Below are positions 40,781-50,983 of a DNA stretch of 64,000 nucleotides, in pieces (the stretch's first letter is position 1; each line of letters begins with the position of its first letter). Location: assembly GCA_038227875.1 (NCBI GenBank), contig JBBRPR010000006.1, forward strand, positions 32,001 to 96,000. Direction: 5' to 3'. Below the pieces are notes generated by a model. That model ran no database searches, was not told where the DNA came from, and saw nothing but the letters and a program-made list of their open reading frames with translations. The position numbers were made by a program, and so were the translations under genes. This DNA is from Planctomycetota bacterium. Lineage in GTDB: Bacteria; Planctomycetota; SZUA-567; H5-PLA8.

Positions 40781-42661
40781 ATGAGCACCGATGCTGAAGG
40801 TATTCCTTATCCATTGATTCGGATTGAGACGGGGCCACTCGCCGGGCGTGAGCAGGCTGCCTCTGGCGTGGTGTTGATTGGGCGCGGCGAGGAATGTTCG
40901 CTGCGGCTGATCGACGAGAAGGTTTCGCGCCGTCACGCGGATCTGACTTTTGCCGACGGCCACGCGACGCTGCGCGATCTGATGAGCGTCAACGGCACGC
41001 AGGTCAACGAACAGAAAGTCACGACTGTCGAACTGAAAGACCGCGACCGGATTCGCATTGGGTCGACGGAGATCGTGTACCTCGTCCGGCCGGAGAACGA
41101 CCGCACGACGCGTCTGGCGGAGACGCCGGCGCACGAATCGCGCTCGCAGATCGAATATGTACTGTCGGTGACGGAGAGCGATATTCTCGCGCACAGTCCC
41201 AGCTCCGACGAAATCTCTTCGGTCTACCGGCTCGCGCGGACGCTGCCGGGGATCGCCGATCCCAAGATGCTGCCCAAGCGCTGGCTGGCGGATCTCTGCA
41301 AGGAATTGAAAGCCGACAGCGGCGTGCTACTGACGCGGCGCGTTGACGGCGATCAGCTCGTGGTCGCGCCGGAGACGGCGCGCGCGCCGCGGCTGAGCCG
41401 CTCGGTGATCGCGCGCGTCCTGTCAACGGGCGAAGCGCTGCTGGTGGCGGACATGGGCGAGAGCGAGCTGGCCAAGAGCGCCAGCCTGGCGTCTTCGCGC
41501 GTGGCGACGCTGATTGCCGCGCCGGTGCCGTTAAGCGGCGAAGACCGCGCGCTGGTGTATCTCGACCGGCGCGGCGACGCGCGCCCGCCGTTTTCCGAGC
41601 GCCAACTGGCGCTGCTGGCCGAAGCGGCGCGCGCGCTGGGCACAGCGCTCGACACGGCGCAAACTCACGCCGACGAACTGGCCCGCCTGGAGCGGCTGGC
41701 GGGGCGGCTGAACGCATCGAACCAATTGATCGGACGCGCGCCAAAGTTCATCGCCTGCATCGACGTCGCGATGCGCGCGGCGCCGCACGCGACGCCGGTG
41801 CTGATTAACGGGCCGACCGGCAGCGGCAAGGAGTTGCTTGCGCGGCTGATTCACGATGAAAGTCCGCGCGCGTCCAAGCCGTTTGTCGCGGTCAACTGCG
41901 CGGCGCTGCCGGAGGGTTTGCAGGAGAGCGAACTGTTCGGCCACGAGCGCGGCGCGTTCACCGGCGCGACGGCGGCGCGCGAGGGGTATTTCAAACTGGC
42001 GCACGGCGGGACACTGTTTCTGGATGAAGTTGGCGATCTGGCGCCGTCGAGCCAGGTAAAGTTGCTGCGCGCCGTCGAGAGCGGCGAATTTTTTCCCGTC
42101 GGCAGCAGCAAGCCGGTGCGCGTCGACGCGCGCATCGTCGCGGCCACCAACCGTCCACTGGATGCCGACGCGAAGTCTGGCCGCTTCCGTGAGGACCTCT
42201 ATCACCGGCTCAACGTGATCCGCATCGAACTGCCGTCGCTGAGCGAGCGGCCGGCAGATATTCGGATGCTGGCCGAACATTTCCTGAGCCGCAAGGCACT
42301 TGAGTTGAAGCGACCCGTGCGCACACTGTCCGAGCGAGCGCTGCAATTGCTGGAGCGTTACGCATGGCCAGGGAACATCCGCGAGCTGGCCAACGTGATT
42401 GAACGCGCCGTGGTTCTGGCGCAGCGTTCGGAATTGGACGTGAACGACTTCCCCATGGAACTGGCTGGCTCGAGCGCCAAAGCCGCGGCGGTTCCGGACG
42501 CGCCCATCACGCTCGCCGAAGCGGAACGCCGCGCGGTGCTGCATGCGCTGACGCACACGCACTGGCAGAAGACGAAGGCTGCGGAGATTCTCGGAATTTC
42601 GTGGCCGACGCTGCAGAAAAAAATTACCGACTACGGCCTGGTGGATCCGGGCAAGCCGTAG
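40781..42661 (+). CDS. Sigma54-dependent enhancer-binding protein (FHA-GAF-AAA+-Fis HTH)
   Basis: FHA motif IGR..SRRHA..S.NGT; GPTGSGKE; ESELFGHERGAFTGA; WPGNIREL; KAAEILGIS. Confidence 0.93.
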   Translation: MSTDAEGIPYPLIRIETGPLAGREQAASGVVLIGRGEECSLRLIDEKVSRRHADLTFADGHATLRDLMSVNGTQVNEQKVTTVELKDRDRIRIGSTEIVYLVRPENDRTTRLAETPAHESRSQIEYVLSVTESDILAHSPSSDEISSVYRLARTLPGIADPKMLPKRWLADLCKELKADSGVLLTRRVDGDQLVVAPETARAPRLSRSVIARVLSTGEALLVADMGESELAKSASLASSRVATLIAAPVPLSGEDRALVYLDRRGDARPPFSERQLALLAEAARALGTALDTAQTHADELARLERLAGRLNASNQLIGRAPKFIACIDVAMRAAPHATPVLINGPTGSGKELLARLIHDESPRASKPFVAVNCAALPEGLQESELFGHERGAFTGATAAREGYFKLAHGGTLFLDEVGDLAPSSQVKLLRAVESGEFFPVGSSKPVRVDARIVAATNRPLDADAKSGRFREDLYHRLNVIRIELPSLSERPADIRMLAEHFLSRKALELKRPVRTLSERALQLLERYAWPGNIRELANVIERAVVLAQRSELDVNDFPMELAGSSAKAAAVPDAPITLAEAERRAVLHALTHTHWQKTKAAEILGISWPTLQKKITDYGLVDPGKP

Positions 42662-42802
42662 CGGATAGTCGTCCGTCCAGGTTTAAGACTTTGCGTGCTC
42701 CATTGACACTCGTCCTTCGAGCGGTTATGCGCTCGTTGCTAATTAATAATTCTCTAATACTTCCACCGAATGTGTGGCACACGCCTAATGGGAGAATCAC
42801 GC

Positions 42803-43642
42803 ATGGACGACGTTCAAACGCTGAAGCTGGTTTCGCTCTTCGCCACCATGGACGATACGGAGATCAAGGGCATCCGTGAGATCATGGATGACAACCACTA
42901 TGCGCCCGGGCAGACAATCATTCACGAGAACGAACCCACCGGCGCGTTTCATGTGATCGTCGAAGGCTCGGTGGAATTCCTGCTCAGCGATGCCACCGGC
43001 CAGGAACTGCTCGTCGACTCCGCCGATAAAGGGGGATTCTTTGGCGAGTTGTCGATGCTCACCGGCGAACCGCGCCTGATGCGCGTGCGGGCCGTGGAGG
43101 CGGTGCGTACGCTCTCGTTCACGCGTGACGAATTCCACGAATTTCTGCTGAAGCATCCACACGCCGGCATCGATGTCATGACCGCGCTTTCGCATCGGTT
43201 GTACCGCACGGACAAACTGCTCCGCCGCTCAGTGGCCCGCAATCCCAACGAGGAGATCGAAGACCGGCTGACGATCGGGCAGAAGATCGCCGACGGCTTC
43301 GCCAACAAAATGGGCTCGTGGGGATTTATCATCACGCAAAGCCTCATCCTGATGGTCTGGGTCATCTGGAATGCCGTTTCAGGCGTGCCGCATTGGGATG
43401 AGTACCCGTACATTTTTCTGAATTTGGCGCTCTCGTTTCAGGCCGCGTACGCCGCGCCGATTATCATGATGTCGCAGAATCGCGCGTCGAATAAAGACCG
43501 CATCTACGCAGAGCTCGATCACCAGGTGAACATCAAAGCCGAAGTGAAGACCGGACTGATCATGGCGCGGTTGGACGATCTGGAACGGTCGATGCATTTC
43601 CTGCATCAAGAGCAGTGCGCGCTGGTGAAGGGAAAGCAGTAA
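42803..43642 (+). CDS. cNMP-binding domain plus DUF1003 membrane protein
   Basis: FFGELSMLTGEPR; MGSWGFI; DEYPYIFLNL..SFQAAYAAPIIMMSQNR. Confidence 0.9.
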   Translation: MDDVQTLKLVSLFATMDDTEIKGIREIMDDNHYAPGQTIIHENEPTGAFHVIVEGSVEFLLSDATGQELLVDSADKGGFFGELSMLTGEPRLMRVRAVEAVRTLSFTRDEFHEFLLKHPHAGIDVMTALSHRLYRTDKLLRRSVARNPNEEIEDRLTIGQKIADGFANKMGSWGFIITQSLILMVWVIWNAVSGVPHWDEYPYIFLNLALSFQAAYAAPIIMMSQNRASNKDRIYAELDHQVNIKAEVKTGLIMARLDDLERSMHFLHQEQCALVKGKQ

Positions 43643-43664
43643 CCGCTACACGTTGCGCGGTGCG

Positions 43665-43814
43665 TTAGAAATTCTGATAGATGAACGCGCCGCCGTGGCT
43701 GCGCGAGGCGAAGGCGATGACCATCACCAGCATCGCCAGCCAGACCATCCAGCGCAGCACGCTCAGCCAGAAGGGGCGTTCGATGGTCGGCTTGATTGCT
43801 TCGGGTTCAGGCAT
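43665..43814 (-). CDS. DltX-like acyl-shuttle microprotein (49 aa, absent from the ORF track)
   Basis: MPEPEAIKPTIERPFWLSVLRWMVWLAMLVMVIAFASRSHGGAFIYQNF*; GGAG RBS; 27 nt after the MBOAT stop. Confidence 0.8.
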   Translation of the reverse strand: MPEPEAIKPTIERPFWLSVLRWMVWLAMLVMVIAFASRSHGGAFIYQNF

Positions 43815-43841
43815 GGCATTCAGCTCCGGATTCAGCGCTCA

Positions 43842-45101
43842 TCATTTCGAGACCGTCAGCATTTTTGAAATCATCGCGACGGCGGCGTGCACGTCCGGCG
43901 CGCTGAACCAGATCCAGGTGAAGGCAACACCGTGAAAAGTAAGCGCGATGGCCAGCGCTGTCGCGGCGGGATTTCCACGCGACCAGGTCAGCCAACCGGG
44001 AAAGCTTCGCTTCCCCGTGTCTGAGTACAATTTATGCGCGAAGACCCAGACGCCGTGCATCAGGCCCCAGATCAGAAAATTGAGCGCGAGGCCGTGCCAT
44101 AGCCCGCACAGCGCAAAGGCGATCAATGCAGCGGCACAGCCCGCGGCGAGACTTTTACCTTTGAAGATGCCGCGTGAGAAGTTCACGCCCAGCGGCAGGA
44201 AAACATAATCGCGCAACCATTCGGAAAGGCTGATATGCCAGCGTTTCCAGAAGTCGGTGATGTTGCGCGCCAGGTATGGCAGGTTGAAATTCTCCGGGAC
44301 GCGCACGCCCAGCAGCATCGCGACGGCAATGGCGACGTCGCTGTAGCCGGAGAAATCGAGATAGATGCGCGCGGCGTAAGCGTAGAACGCCAGCCAAGTC
44401 TGGCCGGTGGACATTGCATTGAGACGCGGCAGAAATTCCGCGCCGGGCGGCAGGCAGAGTTCGATCAGCGTATCGGCGAGGACCACTTTTTTGAAGAGGC
44501 CCAGCACGCCGCGCCAGAGTGCTTCATCCACCGTGTTGAAGTTGACGGGCCGCGACGTGGCGACGTCCTGCTGAAAGCGCGCGTAACGATCGATGGGTCC
44601 GCTGACGAACGTCGGGAAGAAAAATAAGTACGTGAGCACGCGAGGCAGCGCGACGGTACCGGATTTTCCTTTCGCAGCGTCAAACCAGAGCGCCAATGCG
44701 CGCAGCACGAAATAGCTGGTGCCGATCAACGCGGCGGGAGACACATTCGTGCCGATGCGGTGGATTTTCTGCGTCGACGCGGACCAGAATTGCGCGAAGA
44801 CTTCCGACCGCGCCGCGAAGAGCGTAGCCGTCATGGCCAGGACGCTGATCCAGAGCACCGCAGCTGAAAACCTTCGCGTCTCAAATAGTCGTGCGAGGGG
44901 AAAGACGGCGGCGAGCGCGACCACAAACAGCACCGCCAGCCATAAAGGATAAAATATCACTCCCGCAGCGAGGCTGGCGATGAGCAGGACGGCCTGCCGA
45001 CGGGATTCCGAAGCGGCGAAAGAAAGTATTGCCGCGAGCGCCACCACGCAGTAAAAAATAGGACTCAGTTGCTCGTTCAACGCGGAACCCAACTCTCGCA
45101 A
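43842..45101 (-). CDS. MBOAT family O-acyltransferase (DltB/AlgI-like)
   Basis: FFPTFVSGPIDR, DFSGYSDVA, ENFNLPY, FWKRWHISLS.W and GLWHG motifs. Confidence 0.92.
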   Translation of the reverse strand: MRELGSALNEQLSPIFYCVVALAAILSFAASESRRQAVLLIASLAAGVIFYPLWLAVLFVVALAAVFPLARLFETRRFSAAVLWISVLAMTATLFAARSEVFAQFWSASTQKIHRIGTNVSPAALIGTSYFVLRALALWFDAAKGKSGTVALPRVLTYLFFFPTFVSGPIDRYARFQQDVATSRPVNFNTVDEALWRGVLGLFKKVVLADTLIELCLPPGAEFLPRLNAMSTGQTWLAFYAYAARIYLDFSGYSDVAIAVAMLLGVRVPENFNLPYLARNITDFWKRWHISLSEWLRDYVFLPLGVNFSRGIFKGKSLAAGCAAALIAFALCGLWHGLALNFLIWGLMHGVWVFAHKLYSDTGKRSFPGWLTWSRGNPAATALAIALTFHGVAFTWIWFSAPDVHAAVAMISKMLTVSK

Positions 45102-45181
45102 AATTAGTCTTGGACGGTTTGAAGACCTTAGCAGCCCGCTGAAAAAGGTCTATTCCGCAAATTTCTTCCAGGGGCTCGCAG

Positions 45182-45892
45182 ATGGGTGTCGCGCTCGATC
45201 CTGCGTACAACTGGTCCGCGTGGCCGGAGAGCGGACTGCCCTCCGAGACGCCTGCTGCGATCGTAGAAATTCCGGAAGGGGACGTCGCACCGATCCAAGT
45301 CCCCTGCGCCACATCCCATTATGCCGCATGGCAACTCACGCCCGAACGGCAGCGCCACGAATGGAAACGCGCCCGTCGCGCGATCATTTCCACGCGCATC
45401 CGCCTGCTGGTCTGCGGACACGCGGTGTACTTCGCGGGCTGTGTGGCATTGAATTTCCTGAGCAGTGCTCACGTCTGCAGCAATTTCGCGTCGGCGGGGT
45501 GTTACTCGCTGCTGATGACCAGCGTCGTGATGCTGATCTGCGAGTGGCTGCACGTCCGATTTCAGCCACGCTTGCCGCCGCGCTTCGTGGTGCGGCCGCA
45601 CGGTGTGACGGAGTACGGCGACGAAGGGCCGCTCAACCATTGGGACTGGTCGCGGGTGCGGCAGCTGCGCCTCGTCGCCGACCGCGATCACCCGCAGTTC
45701 CGCAGCCTGGTGGTGGTGACTTCCGGTTGGCGCTGGCTGGAGAAATTCCACCGCATCCGCATCCCACTGCCTGATGCGGCGGGCGAGCACGAAGCCATTG
45801 GCGCGATCGGCGTGGCGCTGGCGGAGAATGGGTTTCAGTGGCGGGCGCAGGTGAATCGGAATGAGCTGCGGATCAGAAAAAATGTCGAGTGA
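45182..45892 (+). CDS. Hypothetical membrane protein
   Basis: Two hydrophobic segments followed by a PH-like W.WS.V..L segment; fills the gap between two minus-strand genes. Confidence 0.55.
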   Translation: MGVALDPAYNWSAWPESGLPSETPAAIVEIPEGDVAPIQVPCATSHYAAWQLTPERQRHEWKRARRAIISTRIRLLVCGHAVYFAGCVALNFLSSAHVCSNFASAGCYSLLMTSVVMLICEWLHVRFQPRLPPRFVVRPHGVTEYGDEGPLNHWDWSRVRQLRLVADRDHPQFRSLVVVTSGWRWLEKFHRIRIPLPDAAGEHEAIGAIGVALAENGFQWRAQVNRNELRIRKNVE

Positions 45893-45928
45893 CGACTGTC
45901 GAATCACTCGGGCCGGGCCGACCTGCCA

Positions 45929-46765
45929 TCACGTTTCCGATTTGGATTTCCGCCACGTCTTCAACATAATACGGTCCACGACCGTTGGCGCGAGCCATTC
46001 GGCGAAGATGCCGGCTTTGCCGGCGGCGGTCAGGTAGCGGTTGCGCTTGGGGCGACGGACGGAATGTAACAGCACAGCGGCGACTTCCTCGGAGGTCATC
46101 CCGCCGCTCTGCGAAATGAATTGCGAGGGACGCTTGCCGTGCGCGGCGCCGACGAATTCCGTCTGCGTCACGCCGGGATTGACGACCGAGACGGAAATGC
46201 GTTCGTCGCGCAATTCCACGCGCAGCGATTCGCTTAAACCTTCCAGCGCAAATTTGCTCGCGCAGTACGCGCCCATTGCCGGCACGGCGCGACGGCCGAC
46301 GAACGAGCTGACCATGATCACAGCCGCGCCCCAGCGCTTGCGGGAATTGGATTCCGAGGCGATGCGCAGCAGCGGCAGCGCGGCTTGCGTGCAACGGATC
46401 ACGCCGAAGTAATTGGTCTCCATCACGGAACGAAAAGTATCGAGCGGCATGCGTTCGACGCTGCCATAGGCGCCAAAGCCAGCGTTGTTGACGAGCACAT
46501 CGAGTCGGCCGAACTTATCGCGCACGCGGCCAAATGCAGCGGCGACTGACGCGTCGAACGTGACGTCACAGACAATCGGTTCCATGCGCGCCTGCGGAAA
46601 CCGCGCGCGTGCTTCGTTGGCGATCGCATCCAGTTTCTCCAGGCGGCGTGCGCAGAGCACCACGTCGTATCCGGCTGCGGCGAAGGTGTACACGGCAGCC
46701 GCGCCGATGCCCGATGACGCGCCAGTGATCAGCACGACGGGTCGGTTCTCAACAGATGCAGGCAC
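45929..46765 (-). CDS. Short-chain dehydrogenase/reductase
   Basis: TGASSGIG, NNAG and YCASK motifs. Confidence 0.93.
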   Translation of the reverse strand: MPASVENRPVVLITGASSGIGAAAVYTFAAAGYDVVLCARRLEKLDAIANEARARFPQARMEPIVCDVTFDASVAAAFGRVRDKFGRLDVLVNNAGFGAYGSVERMPLDTFRSVMETNYFGVIRCTQAALPLLRIASESNSRKRWGAAVIMVSSFVGRRAVPAMGAYCASKFALEGLSESLRVELRDERISVSVVNPGVTQTEFVGAAHGKRPSQFISQSGGMTSEEVAAVLLHSVRRPKRNRYLTAAGKAGIFAEWLAPTVVDRIMLKTWRKSKSET

Positions 46766-46794
46766 GGCGGCTCCTTCTTGCGATCACCTTAAGT

Positions 46795-48267
46795 TCAGAT
46801 GGAGACATCGTCGTTGGTTGGCACGCCTTGGGAGGTCTCCTTGGCCATTCCTCCCGCAGGTGCGCTCGGCGGAAATTCGACGCGCGGCATCATCGACGTT
46901 TTTCCCGCCAGCGGCGGTGCGACGGTGACTCGGTTGCGGCCGTCGTTTTTCGAATGGAAGAGCGCGGAGTCGGCGGCAGCGACGATCGATTCCGGTGTGA
47001 CCAGATGTCCCGCCGAGCAGGCTCCGCCCGCGGAGAGCGTGATACGCATGCCTTCCGGCAGACCAGGCATGCCCTTGAAGCGGTAGTCGCCGACGGATTC
47101 GCGCAGCTTTTCGGCCACGGATTTGACTTCGGCAAGCCCGGATTCGGGCAAAATCACAGCGAATTCCTCGCCGCCGATGCGCGCAGCGAGATCGGTTTCA
47201 CGCACGTTGGCTTCGATCGTTTTGGCGACGAACTTCAGCACTTCATCGCCCGCCGGATGGCCGAAGCTGTCGTTTACGGATTTGAAATGGTCCAGGTCCA
47301 GAATGATCACGCCGAACGGATGGCCGTAGCGCCGCGAACGCGCGGCTTCGGCGCTGAGCCGTTCGTCGAAGGCGCGGCGGTTGGGCAGCCCGGTCAGCGG
47401 GTCGCGGCGCGCGAGCGCTTCGATCTCCTTGAAGGCGCGATTCAGCCGGTCGATTGTGGCGTTGAACATGCGTACGACCTGGCCGACTTCGTCCTTCGAG
47501 TGCACGGGCACGCGGTATTCCAGATCTCCGGCGGCCACGGCCATGAATCCCAGGCGCAGCTGGCGCAGCGGATTCAGGATATAGGTGAGGAGAATGACCA
47601 GCCCCATCACCATCGCGAAGCCAACGATGAGCGTGACGTAGACCATCTGCGCGATGACGCGCGGCCGGTCTTCCTTGATCATGCGATCGAAATTCACGCC
47701 GATGCGCAGATGCTTGCAGGTGTGCAGTTCTTCATCGGTGGCCTTGTTGGGCGATGCCAGCAGCGCGACAAAAACGTCCACGCCGGGGCTGCCTTCGTCC
47801 CACGGCACGTCGACGGCGGTGCGATCTTCGGCGTTCAAAAGCGAGAGCCAGTTGGGCCGCAGTTGCCGGGGCGGATGGTCGCCCAGGGACATGTCGCTGC
47901 TCACGTCAACGGTGCCGTCCCGATTGACGATCTGGACGTAGCTGATTTCGCCACCGGCGGTGATCACGTCGAAATAGTTCTGCAGACTCTTGATTTCGCC
48001 CTTGGCCAGCGCCAGCGGGACGAGCGGGGCGACGGCCGAGGCGACGCCGTGTCCGCGGTCGATGGCATTACGGCGGATTTCACGCAGGGTTTCGCGGAGC
48101 TGTTCGGCGGTGATCCCCGCCATGGCAACGAGCACCAGCATGCCGAGGATTAGTCCGTGTTTGACGCCCAGGCGGTGAAAGAACGGAACTGCCCGCGTGT
48201 ATTCAAGGGGCAGTACCTTCTGATTCACCGATGCTGTTCCCGGTGCTGGCGGCGGTTGCTGATCCAA
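46795..48267 (-). CDS. Membrane diguanylate cyclase (sensor-HAMP-GGDEF)
   Basis: Two TM segments, HAMP, DPLTGLPNRR, DHFK.VND, RETD I-site and GGEEF. Confidence 0.93.
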   Translation of the reverse strand: MDQQPPPAPGTASVNQKVLPLEYTRAVPFFHRLGVKHGLILGMLVLVAMAGITAEQLRETLREIRRNAIDRGHGVASAVAPLVPLALAKGEIKSLQNYFDVITAGGEISYVQIVNRDGTVDVSSDMSLGDHPPRQLRPNWLSLLNAEDRTAVDVPWDEGSPGVDVFVALLASPNKATDEELHTCKHLRIGVNFDRMIKEDRPRVIAQMVYVTLIVGFAMVMGLVILLTYILNPLRQLRLGFMAVAAGDLEYRVPVHSKDEVGQVVRMFNATIDRLNRAFKEIEALARRDPLTGLPNRRAFDERLSAEAARSRRYGHPFGVIILDLDHFKSVNDSFGHPAGDEVLKFVAKTIEANVRETDLAARIGGEEFAVILPESGLAEVKSVAEKLRESVGDYRFKGMPGLPEGMRITLSAGGACSAGHLVTPESIVAAADSALFHSKNDGRNRVTVAPPLAGKTSMMPRVEFPPSAPAGGMAKETSQGVPTNDDVSI

Positions 48268-48355
48268 GCAATGTTCCCCGACTTCTCTTCCTTTACGACG
48301 TTTAAAGCCGTGACATCAGGCGCTAAATTTTGAATTTTACCGTATTTTTAATGCC

Positions 48356-50803
48356 TCACTTGATCCCCGGCCTCAGCCATTCCTTGCGGTTGAGCTTTAC
48401 AGCGAACTCCGATTTATGCGCCGGAAGCTGAATAGTCAGCTTCCCGTCTTTGGCCGCTACGTCAGCTTCGGAGAACTTCGCGCCATCCACGGTGTCCCAG
48501 AATTCAACGTGGTAGTCGCCATCCACGACGCCGGTGAGTTCCAGCGGCAAGGCGGCGGCAGTGAGCGGCGCTTCGCCGCGCGAATCGGGGGACTTGGTCC
48601 AATCGGGGCGGTGAACAAGCAGCCGCGCGCCCTGCGCGTCCATCACGCCGGTGACGGCCAGGCCGTCGGGAAACGCCTTCTGCACCCATTCGCCGTAGCG
48701 TTCGCGCCGGTCTTCTCCCACGAGAAAATGGGAGGCCGCGGTGAACACGGGATAGAGGTGGCGCGTTTCGATATACGTGTCCCACCACCACGGCAGCGCG
48801 GTGCCGCAACTTCCGGAGCACGCCGTCAGCCACAGTCCGGCGCGGAGGCGTGCGCCGTCCTTATCGGGCAGATCATCGGTGGCGCGCCAGCCGCCGCCGA
48901 ATTCCGAGAGCAGCACAGGCTTTTTGATCACACTGAACGGAGCGAACGATTTGTAGACGACGCTGGCGACATCGGGACCGTAGGAATGGATCGAGACGAA
49001 ATCGATGTGGCTGTCCTGCCACAGATCCGGCCGGAATCCGGCCCAGTTGACCGAGTTGGTGATGAGATGGTGGTGCGTATCGACGGCGGCGAGGTACGAC
49101 GACATTTCGCGCGACCAGTTGACGACGTCTTCTTCGGAATCATACGCGGCGATGTTGATCTCGTTGATCAATTCCCAGGAGAGAATCGCCGGCGACGCGC
49201 CCCAACGCGCGCTGGCGTAGGCCAGCAGCCTCTTGAATTGGTTCTTTGCGGCGCGGTCGGCGAAGAAATCCTGCGGACGCGCGCACGGACCGCCATTGGC
49301 GAGGTTGTAGGCGGAATCGCCCCAGAAATCCTTGGTCATGCCGTGAAAGGTGAAGCAGAAAATGATGCGCACGCCGGTGGCTTCGGCTTTTTCGATCAGC
49401 GCGTCGAGCCGGCGAGCTTCCTCAAGATCATAAGAACCGGCGTCGGATTTCAGCTCAAGATTCAAGCCCCAGGGGCAGAGCCAGATGCGACAGGTGTTCC
49501 CGCCATACGCCTTGATTTTGTCGAGGTACGGCGCCCAGTCCTGAGTCCAGCAGACGTTCTGCCCGAAAATGTAGAAGGGGGCGTTGTCGCTGAGTTCCAA
49601 CTGCTTGGGATCGCGCAACGAGACGCGGACGTTGCCGCCCTTGCGCCCCGGCTGGGTGACGGCCTCCGGCGCGACGATCATCGACTGCTCGACGCTGCGG
49701 ATTTCTCCGGAGGAATTCCGCACGTAGAACGTAGCGGTGTAGCGGCCGATTTCCTGCGGCGTGAAGCGGAGCATCCAGACGGGGATGATCGTTTTTTCGT
49801 CTGGCGGCGTTTTCGATTTCGGATCGGCGGTTTCTTCCTTGAACGGACCCCACGGCGGTACCGGCGCGCGGCCGGCAGCGAGCTTCGCGCTTTCGCGACG
49901 CGACAGGGCGCCGGCGAAAAACCCGCGGACGTCCAGCGCCTTGCCCGACGGCGTGGTGACGCTCATGCCACAGGCGATGTCGGTGCGATCAAAGATATCC
50001 TTGTAGCTGGCGTGAAAGAGCAGCGGAATCTGGACGCCTTCGTAGAGCGACGCGGTCGGCGGAAGAACGGGAGCGACGTCGAATTCCGGCCTCCATTCAC
50101 GGTAGACCTTCGCGGCGCTGCCGGGCCGGCCGATGGTCTCGCCCTCAATGCGCAGATTGTCGAGGACGAAGCTGCCTTCCTTTTCATCGGCGGTGAAGAT
50201 CAGCAGCATCAGCCTTGCGACAGACTTCAGATTCACGGGCAGGCCGTCGTATTGCCATTTCGATTTTTCGTTTTTCCACGTCGCGCTGTCGAGCGGAAAG
50301 CGGACGTCGCGGTTGAGTCCTTCCTTGAGCGTGATCGGCGACGATTCCTGGAAGATGCCGCCGGGTTCGCTGCGCAGGGCCAGCGCGATCTGCAGTTTCG
50401 GCGCGGGTGACGTGACGTCGAGCAACAGCGCGGACGCCTGCGAGAGATCCAATTCCAGATCGCGGCGCAGATGGATCTTGCCCTTCTTGCCTTTGCCACG
50501 GAGCGTGACTTTCAGCGCGCGTTTGCCTTGCGTGGCGCCGTCTTCGACGTACTGCCCGATCGCTTCGTCGTCGGCCGAGTCGAAGGCCCAGATGGATGTG
50601 TCCGGTCCCTCAAAGCCATCGAACAGATCAGCGCCGACGACGGGCAGTTCGCTTTTGGGCAATACCTTTTCCGGCGGCTTGTTGTCCGGGAGCGGTGGCG
50701 GCTTGTCGTCGAGCGCAAATGCCGACCCCACGCAACTGAACGCCAACGTCGCAAGCATCAAGATATATAAGGAGGAAGTGCGTCGATGATTTTCCACACA
50801 CAC
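48356..50803 (-). CDS. Secreted clan GH-A-like glycoside hydrolase with CBM-like and DUF5060-like domains
   Basis: WMLRFTP..GRY; WELINE (putative acid/base); SIHSY; LLSEFG (putative nucleophile). Start uncertain. Confidence 0.75.
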   Translation of the reverse strand: MCVENHRRTSSLYILMLATLAFSCVGSAFALDDKPPPLPDNKPPEKVLPKSELPVVGADLFDGFEGPDTSIWAFDSADDEAIGQYVEDGATQGKRALKVTLRGKGKKGKIHLRRDLELDLSQASALLLDVTSPAPKLQIALALRSEPGGIFQESSPITLKEGLNRDVRFPLDSATWKNEKSKWQYDGLPVNLKSVARLMLLIFTADEKEGSFVLDNLRIEGETIGRPGSAAKVYREWRPEFDVAPVLPPTASLYEGVQIPLLFHASYKDIFDRTDIACGMSVTTPSGKALDVRGFFAGALSRRESAKLAAGRAPVPPWGPFKEETADPKSKTPPDEKTIIPVWMLRFTPQEIGRYTATFYVRNSSGEIRSVEQSMIVAPEAVTQPGRKGGNVRVSLRDPKQLELSDNAPFYIFGQNVCWTQDWAPYLDKIKAYGGNTCRIWLCPWGLNLELKSDAGSYDLEEARRLDALIEKAEATGVRIIFCFTFHGMTKDFWGDSAYNLANGGPCARPQDFFADRAAKNQFKRLLAYASARWGASPAILSWELINEINIAAYDSEEDVVNWSREMSSYLAAVDTHHHLITNSVNWAGFRPDLWQDSHIDFVSIHSYGPDVASVVYKSFAPFSVIKKPVLLSEFGGGWRATDDLPDKDGARLRAGLWLTACSGSCGTALPWWWDTYIETRHLYPVFTAASHFLVGEDRRERYGEWVQKAFPDGLAVTGVMDAQGARLLVHRPDWTKSPDSRGEAPLTAAALPLELTGVVDGDYHVEFWDTVDGAKFSEADVAAKDGKLTIQLPAHKSEFAVKLNRKEWLRPGIK

Positions 50804-50931
50804 ATACTAAGGAACTTCACTGGGAAGCTCAAGCGCGTGTCTGGACAGGCGCCCGGGCGCAAATTTGCGCCAACCCCATCGGTAGAAACACTCTTTTAGA
50901 CCACCCCAATAGGTAGGTTTGAAAGCAAAAG

Positions 50932-50957
50932 CGACTGTGGCCAACTGGCCACAGTCG
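50932..50957 (-). terminator. Intrinsic terminator after the PhyH gene
   Basis: cgactgtggcca-ac-tggccacagtcg, followed by CTTTT on the minus strand. Confidence 0.6.
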
Positions 50958-50983
50958 TACTTTGAGCACCAATTGCGTCCATT

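Noticed and set aside
42774..42790. Sigma54 promoter TGGCAC upstream of the DUF1003 gene
   Set aside because: The -12 GC element is missing at the required spacing.
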